DNA of 63,980 bases, the filler included, from Octopus bimaculoides (Eukaryota): assembly GCF_001194135.2 (NCBI RefSeq). It is 4 parts of 4 records of this genome, joined end to end, with 100 filler letters (N's around TTAATTAATTAA, not from the genome) between each part and the next. Parts side by side here need not be neighbours in the genome. Positions count along the whole stretch, not along the records: positions 28,831 to 54,488 come from NC_069004.1; 3 more parts are not named here. One strand, given 5' to 3'. Below, piece after piece: positions 37,512-49,116 of the stretch. How positions within the stretch are numbered: the stretch's first letter is position 1; each line of letters starts with the position of its first letter. The translations under genes were made by a program, and so were the position numbers. Below the pieces are notes generated by a model. The model was not told where the DNA came from. It saw only the letters and a list, made by a program, of their open reading frames with translations, and did no database searches.

Positions 37512-37565
37512 GGTGGTGATGGTGGTGGTGATAGAGAGATAATGGTGGTGGTGGTGGTGGTGGAC
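37129..37565. repeat. (GGT/GTA/GTT) low-complexity tract
   Basis: Direct reading. Confidence 0.85.
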
Positions 37566-37743
37566 GGTGATTTACTCAATGACCAAGTAATCAAATTTTG
37601 CAATTATCAAATAGACAGTAGGCCATCAAGTACCCTCAATGAATGAATCAATAACACAAACCACCCAGTAACACATCTACTCACTACTACTACTACTACT
37701 ACTAACAGACTACCTGATAATGCATCTACCCGGTAATAATACT

Positions 37744-37774
<31 letters not shown>

Positions 37775-38064
37775 CATGACCACAACTTAGAACTCGTGAT
37801 AAGTCTCTACGTAGTCGCTTGACGTGCTAGAAATAGCAACCAAAATCTCACTTAAATTGTATCTTACGTCTTAAAAATGTAAATAGTCGATGAGGTAGTT
37901 GTAAGTCCTTCTAAAAAGGTATGATAGTCACAGCTGGAATCATTTTCATAGTTCTGCTGGTCCAGGCCTTACCTGGGGCTACACACCGTCACCGACAATA
38001 TCAACAGCAATAACATTGGCTCTCAAAAGCAATCAATGGCTCTCAAAATACTTAAAAACCACAG

Positions 38065-38290
38065 AAAGATGTGAGCACAATATATAAGTGGGCTGAAGAA
38101 AATATGCAGCTCAATGCTGACAAGTTTCAAGCACTCCGCTGTCAGCCCACACAGAGAATGCAATTAGAATATGTAGGATCAGAATACGTAGGATCAGGAA
38201 GTATTGCAATCCTAGAGGTAGAGTCGATGTGTTACCTGCGAATTCACATGAGTGGCAATGCATCGTTACGTGTACATAATAGGTGAAACC
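38065..38290 (+). pseudogene. CR1-like LINE RT C-terminal fragment
   Basis: DVSTIYKWAEENMQLNADKFQAL...I...V..L.I.MS...L..H. Confidence 0.7.
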
Positions 38291-39479
38291 ATATCACGGC
38301 AAGAAACGCTAGAAAGGACATCTCTTTCCAACTCACTACTTTATCAGGACCAATTCCAGAGACAGGACCAAGAAATGAGTTTAAAATAAGCATTAACGGT
38401 AATGGCGGTACCTCAGCATGTCCATAGCTCCTGGTTGAAACTGATAATAGAATAATAGAATACGAGCGGGACCAGTGAATATTTCACGGAATTAATGATG
38501 AACTTATTTAGTTATTTCTGAAAACTTTATCAAAAAGACACCTGAAAGCATAGCCTGCGTTGTGTCTGTAGCAAAAGATAGTTGCTCACCTGTTACTCAT
38601 TGAAAAGCGAAAGAAATTGGAATACGATGATTACTTAAAGCAATTTATATATACACTTTATTATACTTTATGCACAATTTTATAGACTTAATACACAGCA
38701 CTCATAAAATAAATATTTAGTCTTATTTTTCCATTTTTCCTATTAAAAAATATCCCGTACATATGATACGACCTTTAGCTAAATTGCATATATCTGCCAC
38801 GTAAATAAGCGTGAATATTTCACGGAATTGCACTTGTGCGCATGCGTTAAGCGATATGCAATATAAAAAGCTTCGTTCAATTTTAAGAAAAATACAATTT
38901 TCACTATCCAGTCACCACCACCACCACCACCATCTCTCTCTTCCCAATTCTCTCTCTCTCTCTCTCTCTCTGCCTTTCTTTAACCTCACCATCAGAAGAT
39001 CACCCTTTTGCAAAAAGTTATATCATTGACACTCCTGAATCATCAATACTTTCAACAAACCTTTTTAACCACGTGATAAATGTTACGTCCCCCCCACCTC
39101 ACGTCATGGACGCTTCTCTCTCCCTCTTTTTCCTTCTCACTCTTTGCCGTATCCTCTTTTTCTCTTTTCTTTTTCTTTCTGCTCTCTTTCCCTTCGACTA
39201 ATCACGCGAAAGCGTTACAATTACATTCTCTCTACTTCATGTCATGGACGCTTCTCTCTCCCTCTTTTTACCTCTCCATCTTTTTCTCGCTCCTCTTTTC
39301 TTTCTCTCTCTTTTTCTCTAATTACGTGAAAGCGTTACCGACGGGCTAAGCAACGGAATGTCAAGAAGTTTTATAAGATATTACATATGACTTAACCTCG
39401 ATAACTTAGATTGGTTTCGGCCGCCATCGACCCAGATCACGACTAACTTAATAACACATGGAGTCATGTTTCGGGGCAT

Positions 39480-39650
39480 CATAGAGCACTCAAGCAGAGA
39501 GCTGTTGTTGGTTGAGACTTATTCAGGTGTTGGTGTTTTGTCTGGTACTTCTTGGAGGAATTTGTCCGGTATCTTTTCAAAGTTGCAGGGACTTTTTCTA
39601 CCTTAATTCTTTTGGGATGGCGTTGAATAAAGTAGGACCATTAGAGGTAA
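39480..39650 (-). pseudogene. CR1-like LINE ORF2 3' end remnant
   Basis: GPTLFNAIPKELR...DKFLQEVPDKTP...NSSLL. Confidence 0.6.
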
Positions 39651-40098
39651 AACAAATAACAAATAAAGTTCTATCATAATCCTATTATGTGATGTGAACT
39701 CGGCTTTTGTAGAGGGCATATGGCGCTGGGGTCTAACTCGTAAACTCGATACCGACATCGTTTGGGTAATATTGGTGGAATATTGGCGGTACTTCAATCC
39801 TCATGATATCTTGTTTTGTGTTGGGGGCCTACAAAGGGCTATGTATCTATATAATAACCTGCTTGTTCGTTCGTCCGTTATACATTAGTTAATAAGACAG
39901 GTGGAGGTGGAGTGAGTGAGGGATGGAGTAAGAGTGAGAGAGAGGGAGGAGTGAAGAAAGAAGAGAGGAAGAAGTAGAGAAAGGTAATTAATATTAATAC
40001 ACTTAGGCAAAATGGTCACGTGGTCAGGCGAAGAACGAGAGATAAAGAGGGAGAGAGAAGTGTTAACGACGTGCAGTGGGCTGGGAAGAAAACTTATT

Positions 40099-40493
40099 CT
40101 TTTCTACTCTAGACACAAGGCCGGAACTTTTGGGGGAGGGGCCAGTCGATTAGATCGAATCCAGTATGTAACAGGCACTTAATTTATCGACCCAGAAAGG
40201 ATGAAAGGCAAAAGGAATTTGAACTCAGAACGTAAAGACAGACGAAATACCGCTAAGCATTTCACCCGGCGTGCTAACGTTTCTTTATTGCCCACAAGGA
40301 GCTAAACATAGAGGGGACATACAAAAGGATTAAGTCGATTACATCGACTCCAGTGCGTAACTGGTACTTAATTTATCGACCCCGAAAGGCAAAATCTACT
40401 GTGGCAGAATTTGAACTCAGAACATAACGGCAGACAAAATACCGCTAAGCATTTCGCCCGGCGTGCTAACGTTTCTGCCAGCTCGCCGCCGTA
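40099..40493 (-). mobile_element. SINE family B composite with internal duplication and ~15 bp imperfect TSD
   Basis: Head/body present twice (40190-40285 and 40330-40490); GGAAGAAA(T)ACTTATT flanks at 40084-40098 and 40494-40509. Confidence 0.88.
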
Positions 40494-40585
40494 GGAAGAA
40501 ATACTTATTACGTGGTTAAAAAGTTAGCTGAAGGGAAAGGTAGACAAAGAGGGGGTGGCAGTTATATTGAGAGAGAGAGACAGAC

Positions 40586-40698
<113 letters not shown>

Positions 40699-41097
40699 NN
40701 NNNNNNNNNNNNNNNNNNNNNNNNNNNNNNNNNNNNNNNNNNNNNNNNNNNNNNNNNNNNNNNNNNNNNNNNNNNNNNNNGTTGCAAGCTGCCCGAGAAA
40801 GGATGCACAGATATAAAACACGGATCAGAGAGGAACAGCGAGAAAATACACCGCCGATAGTTGTTGACAAACAACGGCAGTAATTTTATTCAGCTGAAAA
40901 CACGTCATTGATTGGTTGAAATTACCGAAGTACGACAACTTTAACACGAAATAACTTTGAAAATATAAACTTTTCTCAACAGCACTAAGAGTAAAAGATG
41001 TTTTATATGACACATCCTACCAGTATCCGAAGTTTGAAAGTGCTTAGTTACAAAAAATTAATTTCTCGATGTGCCGTTCAAAGGGAAAAGATCCTTT

Positions 41098-41200
41098 GGC
41101 TGCTATTTCTAACACGCCCTGCTACCACGTAACAGCTATTTGCGATATAGGACCCGAAATACTTGTTACGTGGTAGTAGGGTGTACCAGAAATAGCAGCC
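41098..41200. other. ~103 nt imperfect hairpin (about 46 bp arms)
   Basis: GGCTGCTATTTCT..CCCTGCTACCACGTAACA pairs with TGTTACGTGGTAGTAGGG..AGAAATAGCAGCC. Confidence 0.7.
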
Positions 41201-41371
41201 AACTCTTCCTTTTTCTGAGGAAAGGAGCCATTTACTTTGTGATTTCGATGTCACATTCGTTGAAAGCATGCAAAACAACATGGAAAAGGAAACACCCACA
41301 AAACAAAACTACAACTACATTGCTGGGAAACTCAGAGTTTCCCGGTGACCCAACTAGTTACGGGTAACCTA

Positions 41372-41422
<51 letters not shown>

Positions 41423-41431
<9 letters not shown>

Positions 41432-41724
41432 TTAGGGAAAATAACCAATTTTCAAGAACTCATCGATGAAAATCCACTATCACATATAGAAAAATTAATA
41501 ATTAAAAGCACAATAAATGAGTATAATATAAAGTAAAGTAAATATCATAAGATAAATATAATAATATTATTATATTTTAATATTATTATATTTATCTTAT
41601 GATATTTACTTTACTTTATATTATACTCATTTATTGTGCTTTTAATTATTAATTTTTCTATATGTGATAGTGGATTTTCATCGATGAGTTCTTGAAAATT
41701 GGTTATTTTCCCTAAAACTATATA
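41423..41724. repeat. Perfect inverted repeat, 147 bp arms with 8 nt spacer, abutting (TA)n
   Basis: 41423-41569 is the exact reverse complement of 41578-41724 by manual comparison. Confidence 0.9.
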
Positions 41725-41814
41725 TTTTATATATACTTTATCTATAAGGTTCAATTTAATTTTAATCTTTTATAAATTGATTTTTTTACCTGTAATTTTG
41801 GATTTTGTCCCTGA

Positions 41815-41879
<65 letters not shown>

Positions 41880-41883
<4 letters not shown>

Positions 41884-42005
41884 GACAAGCTTCTTTCAGT
41901 TTCCGTCTACCAAATCCACTCACAGAAGACTGCCACGCAGTGGGACCGACCCTGGAACCATGTGGTTGGTAAGCAAGCTACTTAACACACAGCTACTCCT
42001 GCGCC
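41880..42005 (-). mobile_element. SINE family A, 5' part with internal deletion
   Basis: Reverse complement GGCGCAGGAGTAGCTGTGT..AAGTAGCTTGCTTACCAACCACATGGTTCCAGG. Confidence 0.88.
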
Positions 42006-42011
42006 TATATG

Positions 42012-42100
<89 letters not shown>

Positions 42101-42375
42101 TCATGGATGGAATCTATATTTTAATGCAGGGCTATGCGCGTCAGACATGTTTCTTACGATCATAGTCCGTGTTCCTGGGATGATTACAGTACAGTCAGTA
42201 GTACCATGGACATCGGGTGGATCATATTCATGTGTTCGTTTCCTCAGGCGATATGACATTAACATTGGAAGCAGCGAATGTATAACTGAAGGTTGTCTAT
42301 CAGGAATTCTTCTCGGCTTTTGACAGACACTTCCCAAAATCTCTTTCCATCTTTGCTTGCCTCCCTTGTAACTTT

Positions 42376-42420
<45 letters not shown>

Positions 42421-42430
42421 NNNNNNNNNN

Positions 42431-42472
<42 letters not shown>

Positions 42473-42661
42473 CACTCTCTCTCTCTCTCCCTCTCTTTCC
42501 CTCTTCTCTTACTCTATCTCTTTCCATCTCCACTCTTACTCTCTCTTTCCGCCCTTGCTTGCCTTTCCCTGTCTTTTAATCTCTCTCTGCCTTTCCCTAT
42601 CTTTTAATCTCCAGTCCCTCTGCTTTTTCGTTCTCTCTCTCTCTTTCTCTCTCTTTCTCTT

Positions 42662-42698
<37 letters not shown>

Positions 42699-43381
42699 GT
42701 TTCCCCCACTTTCCTTCTCTCATTTCTTAGTCCCTCTGCCCTCCACAACACTTCCTCTCTCCAACCACGTGACTGGTGTCCGGCCGAGGCGGTCTTGTTC
42801 TTTTTTGCTCTGCTTTTGATTAGACTGGTGATGCTGCTCTGGGCTCCTGTTATATCCTCTAGAAATTTCTCCATTTCATCTTGACACCGCCTCACTAAGT
42901 TCGTTCAAAAGCTGCAAAGTTCTTTCTGTTGAATTTGTGGTATACGTTTAATTATTCTTTTTGCGTTGTTTTAGGCTTAAGGCTTCGTGCTGCTACATAT
43001 GCATAATTCTTTGTCTGTTTTATTTATATAATGTCTTGCCTTTTTCTGTCTTCGCTAGCTTTTTCCCCAGAAGCTTAATGCTCTGGCGCCTCCAACACTG
43101 AGTAGTCTCAATGATAAATGGCGTGAAACCACTATGATATTTTGGGTCATTGACTGACGAGGAAATCAGCTGCTATTATTCTGTGTATTGTGTTTTCGCC
43201 TAAATTTCCTGTCCTTTAAGTTTTCATCTAGTTTTCCGTTTGCTCTACTTTCTTCTAACCTTTTCTCCTTGTATTCTTTCTGTTCAACCCTTGATATATA
43301 TATATATATAATGTTGGCATTTAAACATATATCCGGTATTGTTACAGTATGTCTCTCGCTCAGATATTTAAAACAAGTTCC

Positions 43382-43431
<50 letters not shown>

Positions 43432-43615
43432 NNNNNNNNNNNNNNNNNNNNNNNNNNNNNNNNNNNNNNNNNNNNNNNNNNNNNNNNNNNNNNNGGAGTC
43501 AACAAGAAGGACAGTTATTTATCACTACATCTGTTTCCACGTGCAAGCCATGACAGGCAGATAGGATGCTCTTGAAGCCGAGAATTTGAGTTTACAGAGA
43601 CAATATTTATATATC

Positions 43616-43830
43616 ACGAGCGGCGAGGAGGCAAAGACATAAGCTAGCCGGACGAAATGCTTAATGTTATTTCGTCTGTCTTTATGCTCTGAGTTCAAAT
43701 TCCGCCGAGGTCGACTTTGCCTTTCATCCTTTCGGGGTCAATCAATTAAGAACCAGTTGCGTACTGGGGTGAATCTAATCGACTGGCCCCATCCCCCAAA
43801 ATTTCGAGCCTTGTGTCTAAAGTAGAAAAG
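43616..43830 (+). mobile_element. SINE family B, full length, with 14 bp TSD
   Basis: AATATTTATATATC at 43602-43615 and 43831-43844. Confidence 0.95.
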
Positions 43831-44138
43831 AATATTTATATATCGCCCGAGGAAACACAACTACATCTCATAGTGCAGGGAAACAGTTACATAATCAAAT
43901 ACCTGCAAGCCTGGAGAATAACGTTGCGTGGAAACAATTGTAGTGATTACAAATAAATGTCCAACTGTACTCCTTTTTGTTGACTCCAACCTATTCAATT
44001 ACATATTCACACACTACAGAAACCCCAACACAAATTTGACTGTGTGTATAATACTACTACTGCTGGATAGCACCGGATGAAATCTGAAGGTGGACGAACT
44101 TATACTGTACTCTACTCAGTTCTTAACAGATTATAACG

Positions 44139-44175
<37 letters not shown>

Positions 44176-44309
44176 CACTTACAATATAAAATAGACCTCC
44201 GATACTTAATAGGGTCATCAGTTTATTATTTTTTATTAGAAATAAATAATATTGCTTTATATTTATGATTCACTTCTCTACAGAGGGACCATGTACAGAG
44301 AGACGATGC

Positions 44310-44610
44310 AGAGGGACGATGCAGTAAAAAGACAACGACGTACGTAGGGGAAACGGCACGGAGCATAAGAGAGCGGGTAAATGTACATTGGAGGGAACTT
44401 AAGGAAGAGAAGAGCTCATCAGTTCTGTACCAGCACGCTGAGCAGGAACCCGGAGGCTCACTCAATAACATAGAAATTAAAATCTTGTCCACACATAGAA
44501 CAGACGCAACGCTTGGACAAATTACAGAAGCTACACACATAATAGAAGATAAACCTAACCTGAATAGGAAACTGGAATGGAACACTAGCTCACACCCCAA
44601 CACACCATAA
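44310..44610 (+). mobile_element. Penelope-like GIY-YIG endonuclease C-terminal half, open frame
   Basis: RCSKKTTTYVGETARSIRERVNVHW..SVLYQH..NIEIKILSTH.TDATL.QITEA.HI...PNLNRKLEWN*; not in the ORF track because it lacks an ATG; same PLE subgroup signature as the 27250-28075 RT. Confidence 0.88.
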
Positions 44611-45028
44611 CATATGACAGAATAAAATCCCCATAAACTGATAACAATATGAACAAAATATAATACAATACACAGATAAACAAATGGAATTACAAAACTA
44701 CATACGTTAACAAAACTATATACGCTAACAAAATTAAATTAGATACAAAAAAGGGAATAGGAAAAATAATAATAATAATAATAATAACAAGTAGGTATAA
44801 ACACATGAACAAATAAATATAAAAAGAAATTAAACGAATGTTTATTAACAGGGGATACAGATAATACAGGCACTCTACGTACACACACACACGCACTTAT
44901 CAAACAGACACACATTGGGGGATACGCATGCGCAACTAAAGACACATACAATAGGAATACAAAATACAATATGGCTGATCGTTAGTAAGGAAAGACATAC
45001 AAATAGGCAAGAAGAAAGCAAAGGACCA

Positions 45029-45075
45029 CTGATGAGGTCACAGAAGTGTGACAAAAGAACTCTGGCCGAAATACT
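45029..45075 (+). ncRNA. Decayed hammerhead motif in the PLE 3' pseudo-LTR
   Basis: CUGAUGA-GGUCA...UGGCC-GAAA-UAC about 420 nt after the GIY-YIG stop; stems I and III are not intact. Confidence 0.5.
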
Positions 45076-45179
45076 AAATACAATTAATGTAATGTAAAAT
45101 AAAGCTGAAGCAAATTAACACCAAATATATAGTGCGTGTGTTTTTATTAGCTAAACTGGCAACATGACCATCCCCAAAT

Positions 45180-45210
<31 letters not shown>

Positions 45211-46364
45211 NNNNNNNNNNNNNNNNNNNNNNNNNNNNNNNNNNNNNNNNNNNNNNNNNNNNNNNNNNNNNNNNNNNNNNNNNNNNNNNNNNNNNNNNNN
45301 NNNNNNNNNNNNNNNNNNNNNNNNNNNNNNNNNNNNNNNNNNNNNNNNNNNNNNNNNNNNNNNNNNNNNNNNNNNNNNNNNNNNNNNNNNNNNNNNNNNN
45401 NNNNNNNNNNNNNNNNNNNNNNNNNNNNNNNNNNNNNNNNNNNNNNNNNNNNNNNNNNNNNNNNNNNNNNNNNNNNNNNNNNNNNNNNNNNNNNNNNNNN
45501 NNNNNNNNNNNNNNNNNNNNNNNNNNNNNNNNNNNNNNNNNNNNNNNNNNNNNNNNNNNNNNNNNNNNNNNNNNNNNNNNNNNNNNNNNNNNNNNNNNNN
45601 NNNNNNNNNNNNNNNNNNNNNNNNNNNNNNNNNNNNNNNNNNNNNNNNNNNNNNNNNNNNNNNNNNNNNNNNNNNNNNNNNNNNNNNNNNNNNNNNNNNN
45701 NNNNNNNNNNNNNNNNNNNNNNNNNNNNNNNNNNNNNNNNNNNNNNNNNNNNNNNNNNNNNNNNNNNNNNNNNNNNNNNNNNNNNNNNNNNNNNNNNNNN
45801 NNNNNNNNNNNNNNNNNNNNNNNNNNNNNNNNNNNNNNNNNNNNNNNNNNNNNNNNNNNNNNNNNNNNNNNNNNNNNNNNNNNNNNNNNNNNNNNNNNNN
45901 NNNNNNNNNNNNNNNNNNNNNNNNNNNNNNNNNNNNNNNNNNNNNNNNNNNNNNNNNNNNNNNNNNNNNNNNNNNNNNNNNNNNNNNNNNNNNNNNNNNN
46001 NNNNNNNNNNNNNNNNNNNNNNNNNNNNNNNNNNNNNNNNNNNNNNNNNNNNNNNNNNNNNNNNNNNNNNNNNNNNNNNNNNNNNNNNNNNNNNNNNNNN
46101 NNNNNNNNNNNNNNNNNNNNNNNNNNNNNNNNNNNNNNTATATATATATATATATATATATATGTACGGAGCTGTACATTATATATGTGTGTGTGTGTGT
46201 GTGTATGTTCTTTTATTCATTTCAGCCATGCGGCTGCGGTTATGCTGGTGCACCACTGTGATTTTGCCGTTCTTGGTATGATTCTTATTTGGCTGATTTC
46301 TTCAGTGTTGGGGTTTCAAATCACCATTCCCACGTGTGTTGTTGTTCTGGTTGTTAGCCCAATT

Positions 46365-46640
46365 TGATGTATGAGGGAGTTTAACACTCCTGCTCTCATC
46401 TGTATTTCATGCCGGGCCGCTGGTTCATCTGGTATTGTGGATAGGAGAATGTTCAGTACCTTTCTGAAGACATCTACATCCACAAAGTATAGGCTTCTTA
46501 GTTTTTGTGGCAGGTCATTGAAAAGATACGGGTCTTTGAACCATAAGCTACTGCAGTACCTGATCCTGAATTTAGATAGAGTGAATGATACCTTGGGTAC
46601 AATAGAATGGCATCGAGTTCAGGCATCAGTTCTAAGAAAT
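46365..46640 (-). pseudogene. CR1-like LINE ORF2 3' end
   Basis: RCHSIVPK..RIRYCSSLWFKDPYLFNDLPQKLRSL..DVFRKVLNILLSTIPDEP..RA.VLNSLIHQ. Confidence 0.8.
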
Positions 46641-46829
46641 TTCCTATAATTTCGATTTCTCAAGTTTCTTGAATTTTTTAAACTCCAAGTTTTCGCAAAT
46701 TTAAATATTCATTGCCATTCACTGCGTCCAATTCACAAATTTAAATATCCGTTGCATTCACTACGGAGCATCCATTTCTGGATGGATGATAGAAAGTGTG
46801 TGACTTCTGTGGTTTTGTAGGCATTTGAA

Positions 46830-47814
46830 AAACCTTTACTTTCAGGAAAGGACCAATTGTATTGTTTTCGAGACAAAATCTTAAATGTGTTCTCATTTTT
46901 TACTGATCAAATAAAAACTTCTCTGGAGCGTTTCCAATGACCAGTTGAAATGCATGCACCAGAGCAAAAAGGCCACAAACATATGCGCCAATTTGGGGAT
47001 TAGTAATGTGAACTTGTCGAACTGTAGGAATTATGTTTGTTTGTGGTGAGTATAGCATTGTTATTTGTGTTATTAGTTCCTGTGGTACTGGTAAGATAAA
47101 ACTGTCATAAGTATAAACATCTCTGCAAAAAAAATTGATCGACAAAACAAGATGATTGTTCCTGGTGTGATGAATGAACAGTGCGGTGTGGATTGTATGT
47201 TAGAAATTCCATGTGAGAAAAGATGGCTGGTTGTATTGGAATTTCAGGAAAATTTTCCGCTGTGGTTTTCAACCACATAATATTTGTCACATAATATTTG
47301 TCCCGAAAGTAAAAACGACTTTTCATATTTCAAAGCAAATGTTCACAATCAAAATGTTCCCTTGCCCATAGGCTCAGAGGAATGGGAAATCAGCTTTTTC
47401 AGTTTCGTTTCCTTTTTTGTCTTCAGGGCCGAAATTTCCTTTTTTGCAAAGTTCATCAAACAATTACACAAATAGTTCAAACGAAGAACATACCTGTTCA
47501 ATGACATTCTAAATCTCCTTAATATCTGCATCAAGCAATATTAATTTTGAACGATTTTGTTCAATAATAGCTTCCATTATGTTAAATGAATTGCTCTCAC
47601 CAATCAATTTAAACTTTTGAAGCAACGAATCAAGTCGTGATGCACGCATTGCTATATTTGATGTAAGACCGTCCGGTATAACTTTTGATAGTTTGCATGT
47701 TTCCAGAAATGATAAATGGCTTTTGATTTTAGCACGAAAATGATTACGTTTTTTAACTCATAGAAATGTCGATTTCTCATTTTCTGATTCGTATTTGAAT
47801 GGTACAAAATCCAT
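46830..47814 (-). pseudogene. Decayed ORF: PLE-like N-terminal motif followed by a Ulp1/SENP-like cysteine protease domain
   Basis: ATG at 47814 MDFVPF..KSHLSFLETCKLSKVIPDGL; then WL..FPEI, IHHTRNNHLV (His), YTYDS (Asp), PQIGAYVCGLFA (Gln/Cys), FDQ*KMRTHLRFCLEN..GPF; several stops and frameshifts. Confidence 0.65.
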
Positions 47815-48014
47815 TGGCCCAGGATCGGGCTAAACACTAGGATCTAGCGAAAGTAACAGGGCTGACAAGCGAACTGAAAAAAGGAATAAAACGCAAAAGC
47901 TGTAATTTACATTACGATTCTCCATAGACACCCGGCTATTTTGGTAACTTCCAGAATTTCTAAATGTTTACAATTTTTATTCAGTGTAACATAAAATCAA
48001 TCATCTCCTCAATC

Positions 48015-48480
48015 TACAGTGAATCACGATTAAAGGAAATAGCAAATGAGATAGCTAAGATTAGCAAAGAAAGTCAAATCTTCACGCATAATTTAAGCAA
48101 ACACAATACAATATGTGACAGAATTCCTTTAGTGATTAACTAGCACAGAAATTTCGCTGCCATTTCAAAAGTGTTGCATGAAAGTTACCAGCATGTTGCA
48201 GAAAAATCTCCTTGTTTCAAACAGATATTTACTCAGGCGCCTATTGTAGCCTTTAGACGGAATAAAAATATAAGAGAACTATTGACCTCTATTTCTGACT
48301 CCAAGAAAACTAACATTGGAGTATCTGTACGCTGTACTTTGAAAAACAGCCGCAGGAGAGGTAAGCCCTGTTCATTGTGGAACAACATGAGTCAAGTAAA
48401 TTCCGTCAGGAATCATAACAGACATTGTTTTGAGCTGAGTGGAGGTGCTAGATTCCCTTGTTCGAAAATATAAGGACACA
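48015..48480 (+). mobile_element. Penelope-like RT thumb/linker into Zn-binding region (same family as 6062-6400)
   Basis: Nucleotide similarity to the reverse complement of 6062-6300; RIPLVIN..KVLHESYQH..IFTQAPIVAFRRNKNIRELL..C...RGKPCSL. Confidence 0.85.
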
Positions 48481-48639
48481 GATCGTGTCGTATAGCCTGC
48501 TGGAGACGATGTCTCCTGGGGCTAAATTACAGCAACATTCGTCCTAAACCAGGACTGCCCATGTTACGTTGGCAATCAATCTTTACTCCAAAGTACTGTT
48601 GTTGAATATCTCTCGTTGTGAGATTTAAAAATAGTAATT

Positions 48640-49020
48640 TTCAAAGGTGACACTTGTTTACTGGTCATGCTTCAAGAACCTTGCGAAGAATTCTTACACT
48701 TCCAATCAGCCACGCTAGTAGTAGAGTGCTGGTACTTCCAAGTGCACCAGTTACTAGTGGTATCACGTCTACTCTTTTCATTGACCACAACCTTCGTATT
48801 TCCCACTTCAAATCGTCATAGATGTTTAGTTTTTTCTTCTTTCACATTGATCCTGTTGCCACCAGGGCATGCTATATGGATTATCTTACATGTTCTAACG
48901 TTTTTTATTCACCACAACAATGTCCGGTTTCCGATGTCTGGCCGAGGAATCGCACTGGATCATTGCATCCCATAGGATTCTGCAATCCTCATCTTCGGTG
49001 ACTCCTGGAGTTTGCTCATA
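48640..49020 (-). mobile_element. R4/Dong-clade non-LTR retrotransposon RLE domain fragment (family 1)
   Basis: YEQTPGVTEDEDCRILWDAMIQCD..RKPDIVVVNKK..CKII.IACP..EKL..YDDLKWEIRRLW.MKRVDVIPLVTGALG..ILRKVL*; starts directly after an (AAT)n tract. Confidence 0.88.
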
Positions 49021-49072
49021 TTATTATTATTATTATTATTTTATGTTTGACTTTTGTTTTGCNNNNNNNNNN

Positions 49073-49114
<42 letters not shown>

Positions 49115-49116
49115 GA

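Noticed and set aside
39040-39900. Helitron termini (TCTATATAATAA start at ~39846; hairpin-like CGGGCTAAGC at ~39342)
   Set aside because: No CTAG 3' end, and the order of the putative ends is inconsistent with one element
40781-40884. Short open frame LQAARERMHRYKTRIREEQRENTPPIVVDKQRQ* after a gap
   Set aside because: 33 codons, no acceptor visible because of the gap, no recognisable family
42760-43260. Purine-rich minus strand possibly a LINE endonuclease remnant
   Set aside because: Too many stops and no diagnostic motif could be read with confidence
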